The notes under the pieces were generated by a model. The model saw nothing but the letters and a program-made list of their open reading frames with translations, was not told the origin of the DNA and did no database searches. A stretch of 64,000 bases of DNA from an uncultured Gammaproteobacteria bacterium (lineage in GTDB: Bacteria > Pseudomonadota > Gammaproteobacteria > UBA9214): contig CAVYZN010000017.1 of the NCBI GenBank assembly GCA_963773065.1, positions 32,001 to 96,000 on the forward strand. Reading direction: 5' to 3'. Positions 29,208 to 38,745 of the stretch are shown here, piece by piece (the first letter of the stretch is position 1; the number at the start of each line of letters is the position of its first letter). The position numbers and the translations under genes were made by a program.

Positions 29208-29816
29208 TCATCCCGCCAGGACAAAACCGAGTCCCGCGAGATAGAAGACCGCCGGGTACTGCCAGCGGCGCGGCCTGTCCTTCAGAAACTCGATGACCAG
29301 GGAAAGGCAGACGCCCATCACCATGTACAGCGGAACCACCTGGATCGAGGTGAAATGCCGCAGGTCGCCCGGCAGGTAGTAAAAATAGAACGTGCCGTAA
29401 CACAGCAGGAAAAACCCGTTGGCGAGGATCTCCAGCAGCGGCCCGTCCAGGCCCGCCGCCAGACCCTTCAGCCAGGGCCGCTTGATCCGCACACGGTGCG
29501 CCTGCAGGACTCGGTGAAGGAGATACCAGTAATAGCCGTATACCGGCCAGATGATGAAATTCAGCGCCGAGGTATAGCCCGCATGTATCGGCCACACGCG
29601 GTATTGCCACAAGGGCGTGCCGACCAGCAGCCGGTAGGCATGGCCGAGCGCCACTTCGCAGACGATGGCCACCAGGAACGCAACCGCCATGCATAACAGC
29701 GACTCGTACGGATCAACGCGCAGCCATCGCCGCGTCAGCAGCGCGGCCAGCAGGTAAAACAGGCAGATGCCGACCAGCGCACCGGAGAGACCCTGCAGCA
29801 GCAGAACCCCGTTCAT
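29208..29816 (-). CDS. Hypothetical integral membrane protein
   Basis: About six hydrophobic segments; co-oriented 12 bp downstream of the preceding gene. Confidence 0.7.
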   Translation of the reverse strand: MNGVLLLQGLSGALVGICLFYLLAALLTRRWLRVDPYESLLCMAVAFLVAIVCEVALGHAYRLLVGTPLWQYRVWPIHAGYTSALNFIIWPVYGYYWYLLHRVLQAHRVRIKRPWLKGLAAGLDGPLLEILANGFFLLCYGTFYFYYLPGDLRHFTSIQVVPLYMVMGVCLSLVIEFLKDRPRRWQYPAVFYLAGLGFVLAG

Positions 29817-29828
29817 GTCAGGATAGCA

Positions 29829-30170
29829 TCAAGGATGGGAAACGAGCTTCGCGTCCGGCACATATTCCTGGATTGCGCCCACGATCTCGAAACGGATGCG
29901 CGGTATTGGCCGGATGGTAACCCAGAGCAAGTTCAGCTTGATGTTGAACTCGGCGAACACCACGGCATGGCGGTACCGTGCCAGCGCCAGGTGCATGTCG
30001 TTGACTGCCTGCCTGATAAGGCGCTGCGGTTTGTGCTTCAGGCCCGGGACGATCACCATGAAATCGCTCAACGGTTTGCCGTCTTCGTCATGCAGCGGCG
30101 CCCGGTGCCGCAACGGTTGCGAGGCGTCATGAAACGGCAGAGCGGTTTGCGGAAGCTTCATTGCCGCCAA
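29829..30170 (-). CDS. Conserved-looking hypothetical protein
   Basis: RAP..DEDGKPLSDFMVIVPGL...VVFAEFNIKLNLLWV...PDAKLV. Start may be at 30161. Confidence 0.7.
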   Translation of the reverse strand: MAAMKLPQTALPFHDASQPLRHRAPLHDEDGKPLSDFMVIVPGLKHKPQRLIRQAVNDMHLALARYRHAVVFAEFNIKLNLLWVTIRPIPRIRFEIVGAIQEYVPDAKLVSHP

Positions 30171-30348
30171 GTGTAGCGCGTGCGCGCGGGAATATCATGG
30201 CCGCCGGGGCAAGGCGGGATAAACGGCGTGCGCACACCATGAAAAAGCCTGTGATAACAAGGGGCCAACCCGCAGCAAGCGGCCGACCGTACGGGTCATA
30301 AAGAGTTATCGACGGCTTCATTAGTCGAACAGCTTTGCGGGTGCACGC

Positions 30349-30445
30349 TTCGGGATGAGCTTGCCGGAACTCGCCGTGAATACGTCCCTGTAGGCTCGCG
30401 TGCCGCCGTCCTGGCGGCACACGGTTCCGGCAAGCTCATCCCGAA
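30349..30445. repeat. Long inverted-repeat extragenic element (REP/MITE-like)
   Basis: 22-bp perfect arms TTCGGGATGAGCTTGCCGGAAC / GTTCCGGCAAGCTCATCCCGAA with an inner GTGCCGCC...GGCGGCAC hairpin. Confidence 0.75.
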
Positions 30446-30475
30446 CCGCATGACACCCAGGTGAGGAACCTGGAA

Positions 30476-30865
30476 TCAGTAGAGCAAAGCATACCGGACA
30501 CGCTCCAGACGGCGGCGCACCTCATCGGCCAGGGTTGCGATATCATCCCGTTCGACAAGTTTCAGCACCGCCACGGGGTCCATGAAACCGACGATGATCG
30601 ACCCATCCTCTTCCTCGCGCACCACGACATTGCAGGGCAACAGCAAGCCAATATCGGGATCGACCTGGAGGGCCTGGTTCGCCAGCACCGGATTGCACGC
30701 GCCCAGGATGCGATAGGGCCTGCGTTCCACGCCGAGTTTTTTCTTCAGGGTCGCCGCCACATCGATTTCGGTCAGCACGCCGAACCCCTCCTTGAGGAGT
30801 TCCGCCCTTACCCGCTCCTCGACCTGCTGGAGCGTGCCCGCAACAGTAATATTGAATCCGTACAT
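30476..30865 (-). CDS. DUF302-domain protein
   Basis: GFGVLTEIDV, YRILGACNP and IGLLLPCNVVV. Confidence 0.9.
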   Translation of the reverse strand: MYGFNITVAGTLQQVEERVRAELLKEGFGVLTEIDVAATLKKKLGVERRPYRILGACNPVLANQALQVDPDIGLLLPCNVVVREEEDGSIIVGFMDPVAVLKLVERDDIATLADEVRRRLERVRYALLY

Positions 30866-30880
30866 GGTGCTTACCTCCCG

Positions 30881-31765
30881 TTAGGATGTCAGACGCCGCT
30901 GCGCTTCGCGGTATTTCTCCGCCGTCTTGGCGATGATTTCATCGGGCAGCTTCGGTCCGGGAGGGCGCTTGTCCCAGTCCAGCGTTTCCAGGTAGTCGCG
31001 CACATACTGCTTGTCGAAGCTCACCGGGCTGGTGCCGGGCGCGTAGCTGTCCGCCGGCCAGAAACGGGAGGAGTCGGGGGTCAGGACTTCATCGATCAGC
31101 ACCAACCGCCCGTCCCGGTCGGTGCCGAACTCGAACTTGGTGTCGGCGATGATGATCCCCCGCGCCAGGGCATAGGCCGCACACCGGCGATAGATCGCCA
31201 GGCTTGCCTCGCGGACCTTTTCCGCCAGTTGGGGACCCAGCAGGTTTTTCGTCTGCTCGAAATCGATATTCTCGTCATGAGCGCCGCTCGCCGCCTTAGT
31301 TGACGGCGTGAACAGGGGTTGCGGGAGACGATCGGCCAGTTGCAACCCCGGCGGCAGGGGGGTACCGCACACGCGACCGGTTTTCCGGTAATCCTTCCAG
31401 CCGGAGCCGATCAAATAACCGCGCACGATGGCCTCCACCGGCAGCGCTTCGAGTTTTTTCACCACGATGGCGCGCCCCTCGATCTCGGCGCGTTCCCCGG
31501 CATCCGGCACCGCTGCCTCGAGCGGCATCGCGGCCAGGTGGTTGGGAACCAGGTCACGGGTGCGCTCGAACCAGAAGCCGGACACCGCGGTCAGCACGGC
31601 GCCCTTGCCGGGTATGGGGTCGGGCAGCACCACATCAAAGGCCGACAGCCGATCCGTCGTGACGATCAACAGATGGTCATCGCCAACGGCATAGATATCG
31701 CGCACCTTGCCCCGATGCAACAGCGGCAGGCATTTCAGGTGGCTTTCAAACAGCGCATCCTGCAT
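30881..31765 (-). CDS. purC: SAICAR synthase
   Basis: [35 protein letters not shown] and DKQYVRDYL. Confidence 0.97.
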   Translation of the reverse strand: MQDALFESHLKCLPLLHRGKVRDIYAVGDDHLLIVTTDRLSAFDVVLPDPIPGKGAVLTAVSGFWFERTRDLVPNHLAAMPLEAAVPDAGERAEIEGRAIVVKKLEALPVEAIVRGYLIGSGWKDYRKTGRVCGTPLPPGLQLADRLPQPLFTPSTKAASGAHDENIDFEQTKNLLGPQLAEKVREASLAIYRRCAAYALARGIIIADTKFEFGTDRDGRLVLIDEVLTPDSSRFWPADSYAPGTSPVSFDKQYVRDYLETLDWDKRPPGPKLPDEIIAKTAEKYREAQRRLTS

Positions 31766-31960
31766 GGAGGGCCCTCCCGGGCGGTTCGGCGGAAAACGGC
31801 CATTCTACCCGCCGGCGGCGCCAATAATGAAGTCACGGCGGCGCGGCGGCACCGCCCCGGTGTTCCCGCCGGCCGGCGCCGCGGCAAGCTATTGCCAGCA
31901 AACGTACCGAGGGTGATAGAATTGCCCGTTCTTCCAACGGGATCAACACGGAATCACCGC

Positions 31961-32452
31961 ATGAGTTCACCACAGGTCGCCGTCATCATGGGCAGCAACA
32001 GCGACTGGGATATCATGAAACCGGCCGTCGATATGCTGGATAAATTCGGGATTCCCCATGAAGCCAGGGTCATCTCGGCACACCGCGCCACCGACCTGCT
32101 GCTCGAGTACGCCGCCGGTTTACGCGAGCGCGGTTTTGTCTGCGCCATCGCCGGGGCCGGCGGCGCCGCCCACCTCGCCGGCGTGCTCGCCGCCAAGACC
32201 ACCTTACCGGTGCTCGGTGTCCCCCTCCCGTCCAAGTATCTGAATGGCCTGGACTCGCTGCTCTCCACGGTGCAGATGCCCCAGGGCGTGCCCGTGGCTA
32301 CTTTCGCCATCGGCGAGGCCGGCGCCGCCAATGCCGCGCTGTATGCCGTGAGCATAATCGCCGTCACCGATGCCGCCATGGCGGGCAAGCTGCAGGACTT
32401 CCGCAAGCAACAGGAAGAGACGGTGCGCAACATGAAGCTGCCGCCGCCATGA
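31961..32452 (+). CDS. purE: N5-CAIR mutase
   Basis: IMGSNSD, SAHR, AGAGGAAHLAG and VQMPQGVPVAT. Confidence 0.95.
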   Translation: MSSPQVAVIMGSNSDWDIMKPAVDMLDKFGIPHEARVISAHRATDLLLEYAAGLRERGFVCAIAGAGGAAHLAGVLAAKTTLPVLGVPLPSKYLNGLDSLLSTVQMPQGVPVATFAIGEAGAANAALYAVSIIAVTDAAMAGKLQDFRKQQEETVRNMKLPPP

Positions 32453-33576
32453 TCTTCCCCGACGCCACGCTGGGCATGATCGGCGGCGGCCAATTGGGCC
32501 GCATGTTCACCATCGCCGCGCGCAGCATGGGTTACCGCGTTATCATCCTGGATCCCGATCCTCACAGCCCGGCCGGCAGGATCGCCGACCAGCACATCCA
32601 GGCCGATTTCCACGATCATGCCGCACTCGACATGCTGGGTGACTCCTGTGTCGCCGTCACCAGCGAATTCGAAAACATTCCGGTGGAGAGCCTGTCCCGT
32701 TTGCAGCGGCACTGCCCGGTGCATCCGGCGCCGGAAATAATCGCCATGACGCAGAACCGCCTGCGGGAAAAGAATTTCCTCGACGAACACGACTTCCCCA
32801 TCGTGGCTTATTATCCCATCCAGACGGTCGATGACCTCGAGGAGGCCATGTCCGGGCTCGGGACGCCGGGCATCCTGAAGATCGCCCATCCGCGTTATCC
32901 CGGTCACGGACGCCATGCGGTCGCCACCCTGGACGAGGCGGTCGAGGCGTTCCGGGAAATGGATGAGCAGCCCTGCCTGCTCGAAGAACGCCTCTTCGTC
33001 GAGAAACGCCTCTCCGTCATACTCGCGCGCAGCATCGACGGGGATATCGCGGTTTATCCGGTCGTGGAAAACCGCTATCGCAAGGGCATCCTGGATCTGT
33101 CACTGGCGCCGGCTGACATCACCACCGCGGCGGCGGACGCCGCGATCGAGCTGGCGTGCGATCTCGCCGATGAACTGGAATACTGCGGCGTGCTGTCGAC
33201 CGAGTTTTTCCTGACCGGTGAAGGGGATCTGCTGATCAACACCATCACGCCGCGACCGCACAACAGCGGCCACTACACCGTGGACGCCTGCATCACCTCA
33301 CAGTTCGAGCAGCAGGTGCGCATGATGTGCGGCCTGCCGCCGGGAGACACCCAACTGCTGTTATCCGTGGTGATGACCAACCTGCTGGGCGACCTGTGGA
33401 GCCGCGGCGACCCCAACTGGGAATCCGTGTTCCAGGAGCCGCAGGCCAAGCTGCACTTGTACGGCAAGCGCGAGGCCCGGCAGGGCCGCAAGATGGGCCA
33501 CATCAACTGCCTCGCCGAGGACACGGAGAGCGCACTGGAGATCGCCGAGTCGATCCGCAGCCATCTGATGCCCTGA
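32449..33576 (+). CDS. purK: N5-CAIR synthetase (ATP-grasp) with degenerate motifs
   Basis: GGGQLGRM, EFEN, PRPHNSGH, SQFEQ, HLYGK and RKMGH; coupled to purE. Confidence 0.88.
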   Translation: MIFPDATLGMIGGGQLGRMFTIAARSMGYRVIILDPDPHSPAGRIADQHIQADFHDHAALDMLGDSCVAVTSEFENIPVESLSRLQRHCPVHPAPEIIAMTQNRLREKNFLDEHDFPIVAYYPIQTVDDLEEAMSGLGTPGILKIAHPRYPGHGRHAVATLDEAVEAFREMDEQPCLLEERLFVEKRLSVILARSIDGDIAVYPVVENRYRKGILDLSLAPADITTAAADAAIELACDLADELEYCGVLSTEFFLTGEGDLLINTITPRPHNSGHYTVDACITSQFEQQVRMMCGLPPGDTQLLLSVVMTNLLGDLWSRGDPNWESVFQEPQAKLHLYGKREARQGRKMGHINCLAEDTESALEIAESIRSHLMP

Positions 33577-33588
33577 ATCCTGCCGCCG

Positions 33589-34503
33589 TCACGGCGACGG
33601 CAATTGCAGCAACCGCGCCGCCTCCCGCAAGACAAATTCCCGGAAGCTCTGCGCCACGATCGACAGCCGCTTGCCTTCCCGGTACACGATGTACCAGTAA
33701 CGCATGATCGGAAACTTGACCACGTCCAGAACCACGAGTTGTCCCAGCGCCAGCTCCATCGCCAGGGTATGCAGGGACACCACCCCAAGCCCCAGCCCCG
33801 CCTCGACACTCTGTTTGATCGCCTCATTGCTGCTCATTTCCATCGGCGTCGCGAGTCGCAGTTTGTTCGCGGCGAAGTAGCGCTCCATGGCCGATCGCGT
33901 GCCGGAGCCCTGCTCGCGCACCAGGAAGGTCTCCTCCCGCAGCCGTTCCGGCGGGATGCGCTTTTCGGCCGCCAGGGGGTGGCCGGGCGGAGCGATGACC
34001 ACCAGCGGATTCTCCAGGAAGCGTTCCGCCACCAGATCCATCTCCGGTGGCGGCTGGCCCATGATGACGAGATCGTTGCGGTTCTCCACCAGGCCCTTCA
34101 GCAACTGCTCACGGTTGGTGACATCCAGGCTCACGCTCACGGCATCACCGTGTCGCTGGCAGAAAGTCGCCAGCAGACGCGGCACAAAATAGTTCGCGGT
34201 GCTGGCCACGGCGATGGACAAACGACCGCGCTTGAGGCCCTTCATCTCGTCCACCACCTGGTCCAGCTCTTCCAACTGGCTGGTAATGGCCGATGCGTAG
34301 CGGCTGAACTCGCGTCCGGCATCGGTCAGAAAAATCTTTTTGCCCAACTGCTCGAACAGGGGCAATCCCACCGCCTGCTCCAACTGTTTGATCTGCATGG
34401 ACACCGCCGGCTGCGTCAGATGCAGTTCTTCCGAGGCGCGGGTGAAGCTGAGGTGCCGCGCGACCGCCGCGAATATTTTCAATTGGCGAAAGGTGATGTG
34501 CAT
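33589..34503 (-). CDS. cbbR: LysR-family regulator, CbbR-like
   Basis: MHITFRQL..F.AVARHLSFTRASEELHLTQPAVSMQIKQLE, TANYFVPRLL, REQGSGTR and SSNEAIKQ. Confidence 0.75.
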   Translation of the reverse strand: MHITFRQLKIFAAVARHLSFTRASEELHLTQPAVSMQIKQLEQAVGLPLFEQLGKKIFLTDAGREFSRYASAITSQLEELDQVVDEMKGLKRGRLSIAVASTANYFVPRLLATFCQRHGDAVSVSLDVTNREQLLKGLVENRNDLVIMGQPPPEMDLVAERFLENPLVVIAPPGHPLAAEKRIPPERLREETFLVREQGSGTRSAMERYFAANKLRLATPMEMSSNEAIKQSVEAGLGLGVVSLHTLAMELALGQLVVLDVVKFPIMRYWYIVYREGKRLSIVAQSFREFVLREAARLLQLPSP

Positions 34504-34530
34504 GTACCGGCCGGGATCGGTGATTTCATC

Positions 34531-34582
34531 ATAAGCAGCTTATACATTTCCCATAAACATCAAATCAAATTTATATCTGATA
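34531..34582. promoter_or_regulatory. AT-rich LysR autoregulatory region
   Basis: ATAAGCAGCTTATA (contains T-N11-A) followed by an AT-rich tract just upstream of the cbbR start. Confidence 0.55.
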
Positions 34583-34654
34583 CAGGCGTGGACTCACTGA
34601 CTTCCGGCAGGTCCACACCGGCATTAGGCAGCGCCACCGGGGTTGCCGGTATCC

Positions 34655-35197
34655 TCAACAACGCCGACCGAGTGTGAATTCGATGATCTCGCAATTACCG
34701 TAATGCAGTTCCAGCAGGGCCGCGTCGGGCAGCGCTCCAAAACAGGCTGTGAAAATCCGCAGCGTCTCCTCGTGCGCCACGACGAGCACCGTTTCTTCGG
34801 GCTGTTCGAGCAGCCAGTCGATGAACCCCGACACGCGCCGCTTGTAATCGAGCAGCGATTCACCGCCGTTGACGCGCCGGCGCAGGCGGTTGGAGCCGGT
34901 CGCGGCGAAATACTCCGCCACCGGACGGCCCTCAAAACCCGAGCGGATGTCATTGAGGGCGGGATGCGATTCCACCGGCGCGCGGTGATGGCGGTTGATG
35001 ATGTCGGCCGTCTGCCGGGTGCGCGGCAGTTCCGAGGTGATGATGCGCTCGATGGGCGCCGCTTTCAGCCGCTGCGCCGCCGCCTCGGCCTGGCGGATGC
35101 CCTCGGGCGTGAGGTGAACATCGCGCCCGGGGTCATCATTGCAGAGCCCGAGGCGGTTATAGTTGGTTTCACCGTGGCGCAGGCAGTAAAGCTTCAT
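34655..35197 (-). CDS. Histidine phosphatase (phosphoglycerate mutase family)
   Basis: LRHGETNYN, SELPRTRQTA, GGES and VVAH. Confidence 0.88.
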   Translation of the reverse strand: MKLYCLRHGETNYNRLGLCNDDPGRDVHLTPEGIRQAEAAAQRLKAAPIERIITSELPRTRQTADIINRHHRAPVESHPALNDIRSGFEGRPVAEYFAATGSNRLRRRVNGGESLLDYKRRVSGFIDWLLEQPEETVLVVAHEETLRIFTACFGALPDAALLELHYGNCEIIEFTLGRRC

Positions 35198-35303
35198 CGC
35201 GGTCTGCCGGTGTGTGCTGGAAACGCGCATGGCGGCCGGCCCCCTTGGTCCAGGCGATCGATACTGACTATAATCGTTGGCTCGCGCAATGAGGAGACAT
35301 TCC

Positions 35304-36089
35304 ATGCTCAGGGTCCTGGCAACCGGCCTCATCGGCCTGTCGATGCTTGCAGGCTGCGCCACTTCCCCCACCGGCCGCTCGCAACTGATGTTCATGCCGG
35401 AAAGTCAGATGACCCAGATGGGCCTGCAGGCATTCGACAACATCAAGAAGGAAACCCCCGTCGACAAGAACGTGACGACCAATGCCTATGTTCAGTGCGT
35501 CGGACAGGCCATCACCCGCGAGGTCGGCCGCGGCGGCTGGGAGATCGTGGTGTTCGAGGACAAGGACGCCAACGCCTTCGCCCTGCCCGGCAACAAGATC
35601 GGGGTCAACACCGGCCTGCTGAAGGTGGCCGAAAACCAGGATCAACTGGCCACGGTCATCGGTCACGAGGTCGCGCATGTCCTCTCCCACCATTCCAACG
35701 AGCGGGTATCGCAGAAATTCGCGGTGGAACAGGGGGTGGCGCTGATAAGCGCCATGGCCAGCCCGCGTTCGGGCGCCGGCCAGAGCGTGATGGGACTGCT
35801 GGGCGTGGGCGCCCAGTACGGCATCCTCATGCCCTATTCACGGATCCAGGAAAGCGAGGCCGATCAGCTCGGGCTGGACCTGATGGCGAAGGCCGGCTTC
35901 AATCCGCGCGAGAGCATCAATCTCTGGAAAAACATGACCCGTGCGGGCGGCGGCCAACCACCCGAGTTCCTGTCCACCCACCCTTCCCACAGCACGCGCA
36001 TCACCGACCTGAATGCGCACATGCCGGCCGCCCTGCGGCTGCAGCAGAAAGCCTTGCAACTCGGCAAGCACCCGTCCTGCCACCCATAA
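35304..36089 (+). CDS. M48-family metallopeptidase lipoprotein
   Basis: Lipobox [25 protein letters not shown] and FLSTHP; GAGGAGA RBS. Confidence 0.92.
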   Translation: MLRVLATGLIGLSMLAGCATSPTGRSQLMFMPESQMTQMGLQAFDNIKKETPVDKNVTTNAYVQCVGQAITREVGRGGWEIVVFEDKDANAFALPGNKIGVNTGLLKVAENQDQLATVIGHEVAHVLSHHSNERVSQKFAVEQGVALISAMASPRSGAGQSVMGLLGVGAQYGILMPYSRIQESEADQLGLDLMAKAGFNPRESINLWKNMTRAGGGQPPEFLSTHPSHSTRITDLNAHMPAALRLQQKALQLGKHPSCHP

Positions 36090-36114
36090 GCCGCCCGGTC
36101 CGGGTGAGGAACAC

Positions 36115-37329
36115 ATGCCCATCACTGCCCTGAAGGAATTTCTCCAGAAGGAATCGACCGGCGGCCTGCTGATTATCGCCGCGGCCGTGCTGGCCATGCT
36201 TGCCGAGAACACGCCGCTCAAGTCCCTCTATGACGCCTGGCTGTCGACGCCGGTCGGCGTCCAGTTCGGCGCCTTCCTGCTTCAAAAACCCTTGCTGCTC
36301 TGGATCAATGACGGCCTGATGGCCGTGTTCTTCTTTCTGATCGGCCTCGAGATCAAGCGCGAATTTCTCGAGGGCGAGCTCTCCGACCGATCCCGCGTGG
36401 CCCTGCCCGCCATTGCCGCGGCGGGCGGCATGGCGGTGCCGGCCCTGGTGTATGTCGCGTTCAACCGCGGGGACGCCGCCGCGCTCAGCGGCTGGGCCAT
36501 ACCCACCGCAACCGACATCGCCTTCGCGCTGGGCGTGCTGTCGCTGCTCGGCGCCCGGGTGCCGAATTCCCTCAAGCTGTTCCTGCTGACGCTCGCCGTG
36601 CTCGATGACCTCGGCGCCATCGTCATCATCGCGCTGTTCTATAGCGCCGGTCTGTCCGTGAGTTCGCTCTACGTCGCCGCCGGCGCGCTGGCCGCGCTGC
36701 TGGTCATCAATCGGCGCGGCGTTGCCCGCATCGCGCCCTACCTCCTCGTCGGCCTGGTGCTCTGGGTCGCCGTACTCAAGTCCGGCGTCCATGCCACGCT
36801 GGCCGGCGTCATCCTGGCTTTCTTCATTCCCCTGCGCGGCGCCGGCGGCTCGCCCCTCGCCCACCTCGAGCATCTGCTGCACCCGTACGTCGCCTTCCTG
36901 ATACTGCCGCTATTCGCCTTCGCCAACACGGGCATCTCGCTCGCGGGGCTCTCGCCGCAGTCGCTGCTCCATCCCGTGCCGCTCGGCATCGCCGCGGGCC
37001 TGCTCATCGGGAAGCAGACCGGCGTGTTCGGATTCTCCTGGCTTGCCATAAAACTGGGACTCGGCAAGCTTCCCGAAGGCGCCGGCTGGGCCGCCCTGTA
37101 CGGTATCGCCGCGCTCTGCGGCATCGGCTTCACCATGAGCCTGTTCATCGGCTCCCTCGCCGCCGAGCAGGCAGGCACGGCGATGCTGGTCGACAACCGG
37201 CTGGGTATCCTGGGCGGCTCGGTCCTTTCCGCCATCATCGGTTACCTGGTGCTCTCGTATGCGCTGGGGCATAACCACGGCGCGGAAAATTCCCGGGCGC
37301 ACACCGGCACGCCGGGAGCGGACGAATAA
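36115..37329 (+). CDS. nhaA: Na+/H+ antiporter NhaA
   Basis: [33 protein letters not shown] and [10 protein letters not shown]. Confidence 0.95.
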   Translation: MPITALKEFLQKESTGGLLIIAAAVLAMLAENTPLKSLYDAWLSTPVGVQFGAFLLQKPLLLWINDGLMAVFFFLIGLEIKREFLEGELSDRSRVALPAIAAAGGMAVPALVYVAFNRGDAAALSGWAIPTATDIAFALGVLSLLGARVPNSLKLFLLTLAVLDDLGAIVIIALFYSAGLSVSSLYVAAGALAALLVINRRGVARIAPYLLVGLVLWVAVLKSGVHATLAGVILAFFIPLRGAGGSPLAHLEHLLHPYVAFLILPLFAFANTGISLAGLSPQSLLHPVPLGIAAGLLIGKQTGVFGFSWLAIKLGLGKLPEGAGWAALYGIAALCGIGFTMSLFIGSLAAEQAGTAMLVDNRLGILGGSVLSAIIGYLVLSYALGHNHGAENSRAHTGTPGADE

Positions 37330-37353
37330 GCCCTGCGGGGCTGAGTGCAGGCC

Positions 37354-37725
37354 ATGCCATACGGCGTGCTGGCGGAACTGGTGCTGGTCGTTCACGCCGC
37401 GTTCATCGTCTTCGTCCTGCTCGGCGGCCTGCTGGCCCTGAAGTGGCGCGCGCTGCCGTGGTTCCATGTGCCGTGTGTGCTGTGGAGCATCGTGGTCGAG
37501 CTGCGCGGCTGGATCTGTCCGCTGACGCCGCTCGAGAACCATTTCCGCGAGGCCGCGGGCGCGCGCGGCTACAGCGGAGGCTTTATCGAACACTACCTGC
37601 TGCCGCTCATCTATCCGTCCGGGCTGACCCCCGGCAGGCAGGCGCTGTTCGCCGCGATCCTGCTAGGCGTCAATCTCGCCGTCTACGGACTGCTGTGGTG
37701 GAACTGGCGCCGCCGTTCCCGCTGA
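37354..37725 (+). CDS. DUF2784-family membrane protein
   Basis: HAAFIVFV, WICPLTPLEN and GFIEHYL. Confidence 0.85.
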   Translation: MPYGVLAELVLVVHAAFIVFVLLGGLLALKWRALPWFHVPCVLWSIVVELRGWICPLTPLENHFREAAGARGYSGGFIEHYLLPLIYPSGLTPGRQALFAAILLGVNLAVYGLLWWNWRRRSR

Positions 37726-37845
37726 TGCAATGCCGCCCGCCGGCGCCGCCACGGTCGTGCGCCGGAATAACATCGAACCGCCCGCGCGGGGTAAGATGCG
37801 CGTATCGGCGCAAGGAACCATCAATGAATCCCAGGGAGAGTCACG

Positions 37846-38028
37846 ATGGAATCTGGCGGTATATTCGGGATACTCGTCCTGCTGGCGGATGTCTGGGCCA
37901 TACTGCACATCTTTCAAAGCCGGAGCGGCACCGGCAAAAAAGCCCTGTGGATCGTTCTGGTCCTCGTGCTGCCGCTGCTCGGGGTCATCATCTGGTATTT
38001 CACCGGGCCGCGCGAGCATGCCAACTGA
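37846..38028 (+). CDS. PLDc N-terminal-domain small membrane protein
   Basis: DVWAI...KALWIVLVLVLPLLGVIIWYFTGPR; GGAGAG RBS. Confidence 0.8.
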   Translation: MESGGIFGILVLLADVWAILHIFQSRSGTGKKALWIVLVLVLPLLGVIIWYFTGPREHAN

Positions 38029-38070
38029 GCGGGCGCCTGTTAATGAACCTGCACACGACAACGAGACACC

Positions 38071-38496
38071 ATGGGCATCATCGACAAACTGTTCGGCCGG
38101 CGGCCACAACGCGCAACCCCGCTCGATGAGGCGCGCAAGATCCTCGAGCGCTACACCAGCGCGACGCTGGCGGGCGTCGACCCGGAAGACATCGGCCGCT
38201 ACCCGCCCAAACAGCGCCAGGCGATGGCCTTTCACTTCGGCGCCATCCAGTACCTGGCCGATGAGTACGAGCTCGACGAGACCCGGACCCTGGCCCTGTT
38301 CGTCATGTTCCTGAACCGGTATTTCAGCCTGCCGGTCACCGAAACCGGCAGCATCAGCCAACTGCTGGACGGTTTCCAGGCCAATCCGCGGGAACGCGAG
38401 TTCCTCGCGGCGGGGGTGGAGATATTCAGGCGCTGGCATCTGCAGAACGATCGCCGCGCCCCCCTTCAGCTCGGTGAAATGCTGAAACGGGGATGA
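38071..38496 (+). CDS. Hypothetical protein
   Basis: MGIIDKLFG start; protein-like composition; in a co-oriented run. Confidence 0.7.
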   Translation: MGIIDKLFGRRPQRATPLDEARKILERYTSATLAGVDPEDIGRYPPKQRQAMAFHFGAIQYLADEYELDETRTLALFVMFLNRYFSLPVTETGSISQLLDGFQANPREREFLAAGVEIFRRWHLQNDRRAPLQLGEMLKRG

Positions 38497-38571
38497 GCGG
38501 CGCGCCGTGCGCACGTGCCCGACTGCTGGTAGCCCGTCCCGCGCTGGAATCAGCACATCGAGCGGTTCGGC

Positions 38572-38678
38572 GTGAAAAGTGAGAAGTGAGAAGTGAACCT
38601 GCTCAGTGAGATGCGGTGCTTTCCTGGCGAGAATCCCGAATTTTCTTACTTCTTACTTCTTACTTCTTCACTTTTCAC
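38572..38678. repeat. Inverted heptamer tandem repeats
   Basis: GTGAAAA-GTGAGAA-GTGAGAA-GTGAA (38572-38597) facing TTCTTAC x3-TTCTTCAC-TTTTCAC (38643-38678). Confidence 0.75.
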
Positions 38679-38745
38679 TTACCCGGTATTTTGCCGCTAC
38701 ACGGCCGGTGCGACTCTGATAGAATCCGGCACTTGGTTGATTGAC

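Noticed and set aside
34643-36133. 496-aa ORF on the plus strand
   Set aside because: It overlaps the histidine phosphatase (antisense) and the M48 peptidase (other frame) and has no motifs.
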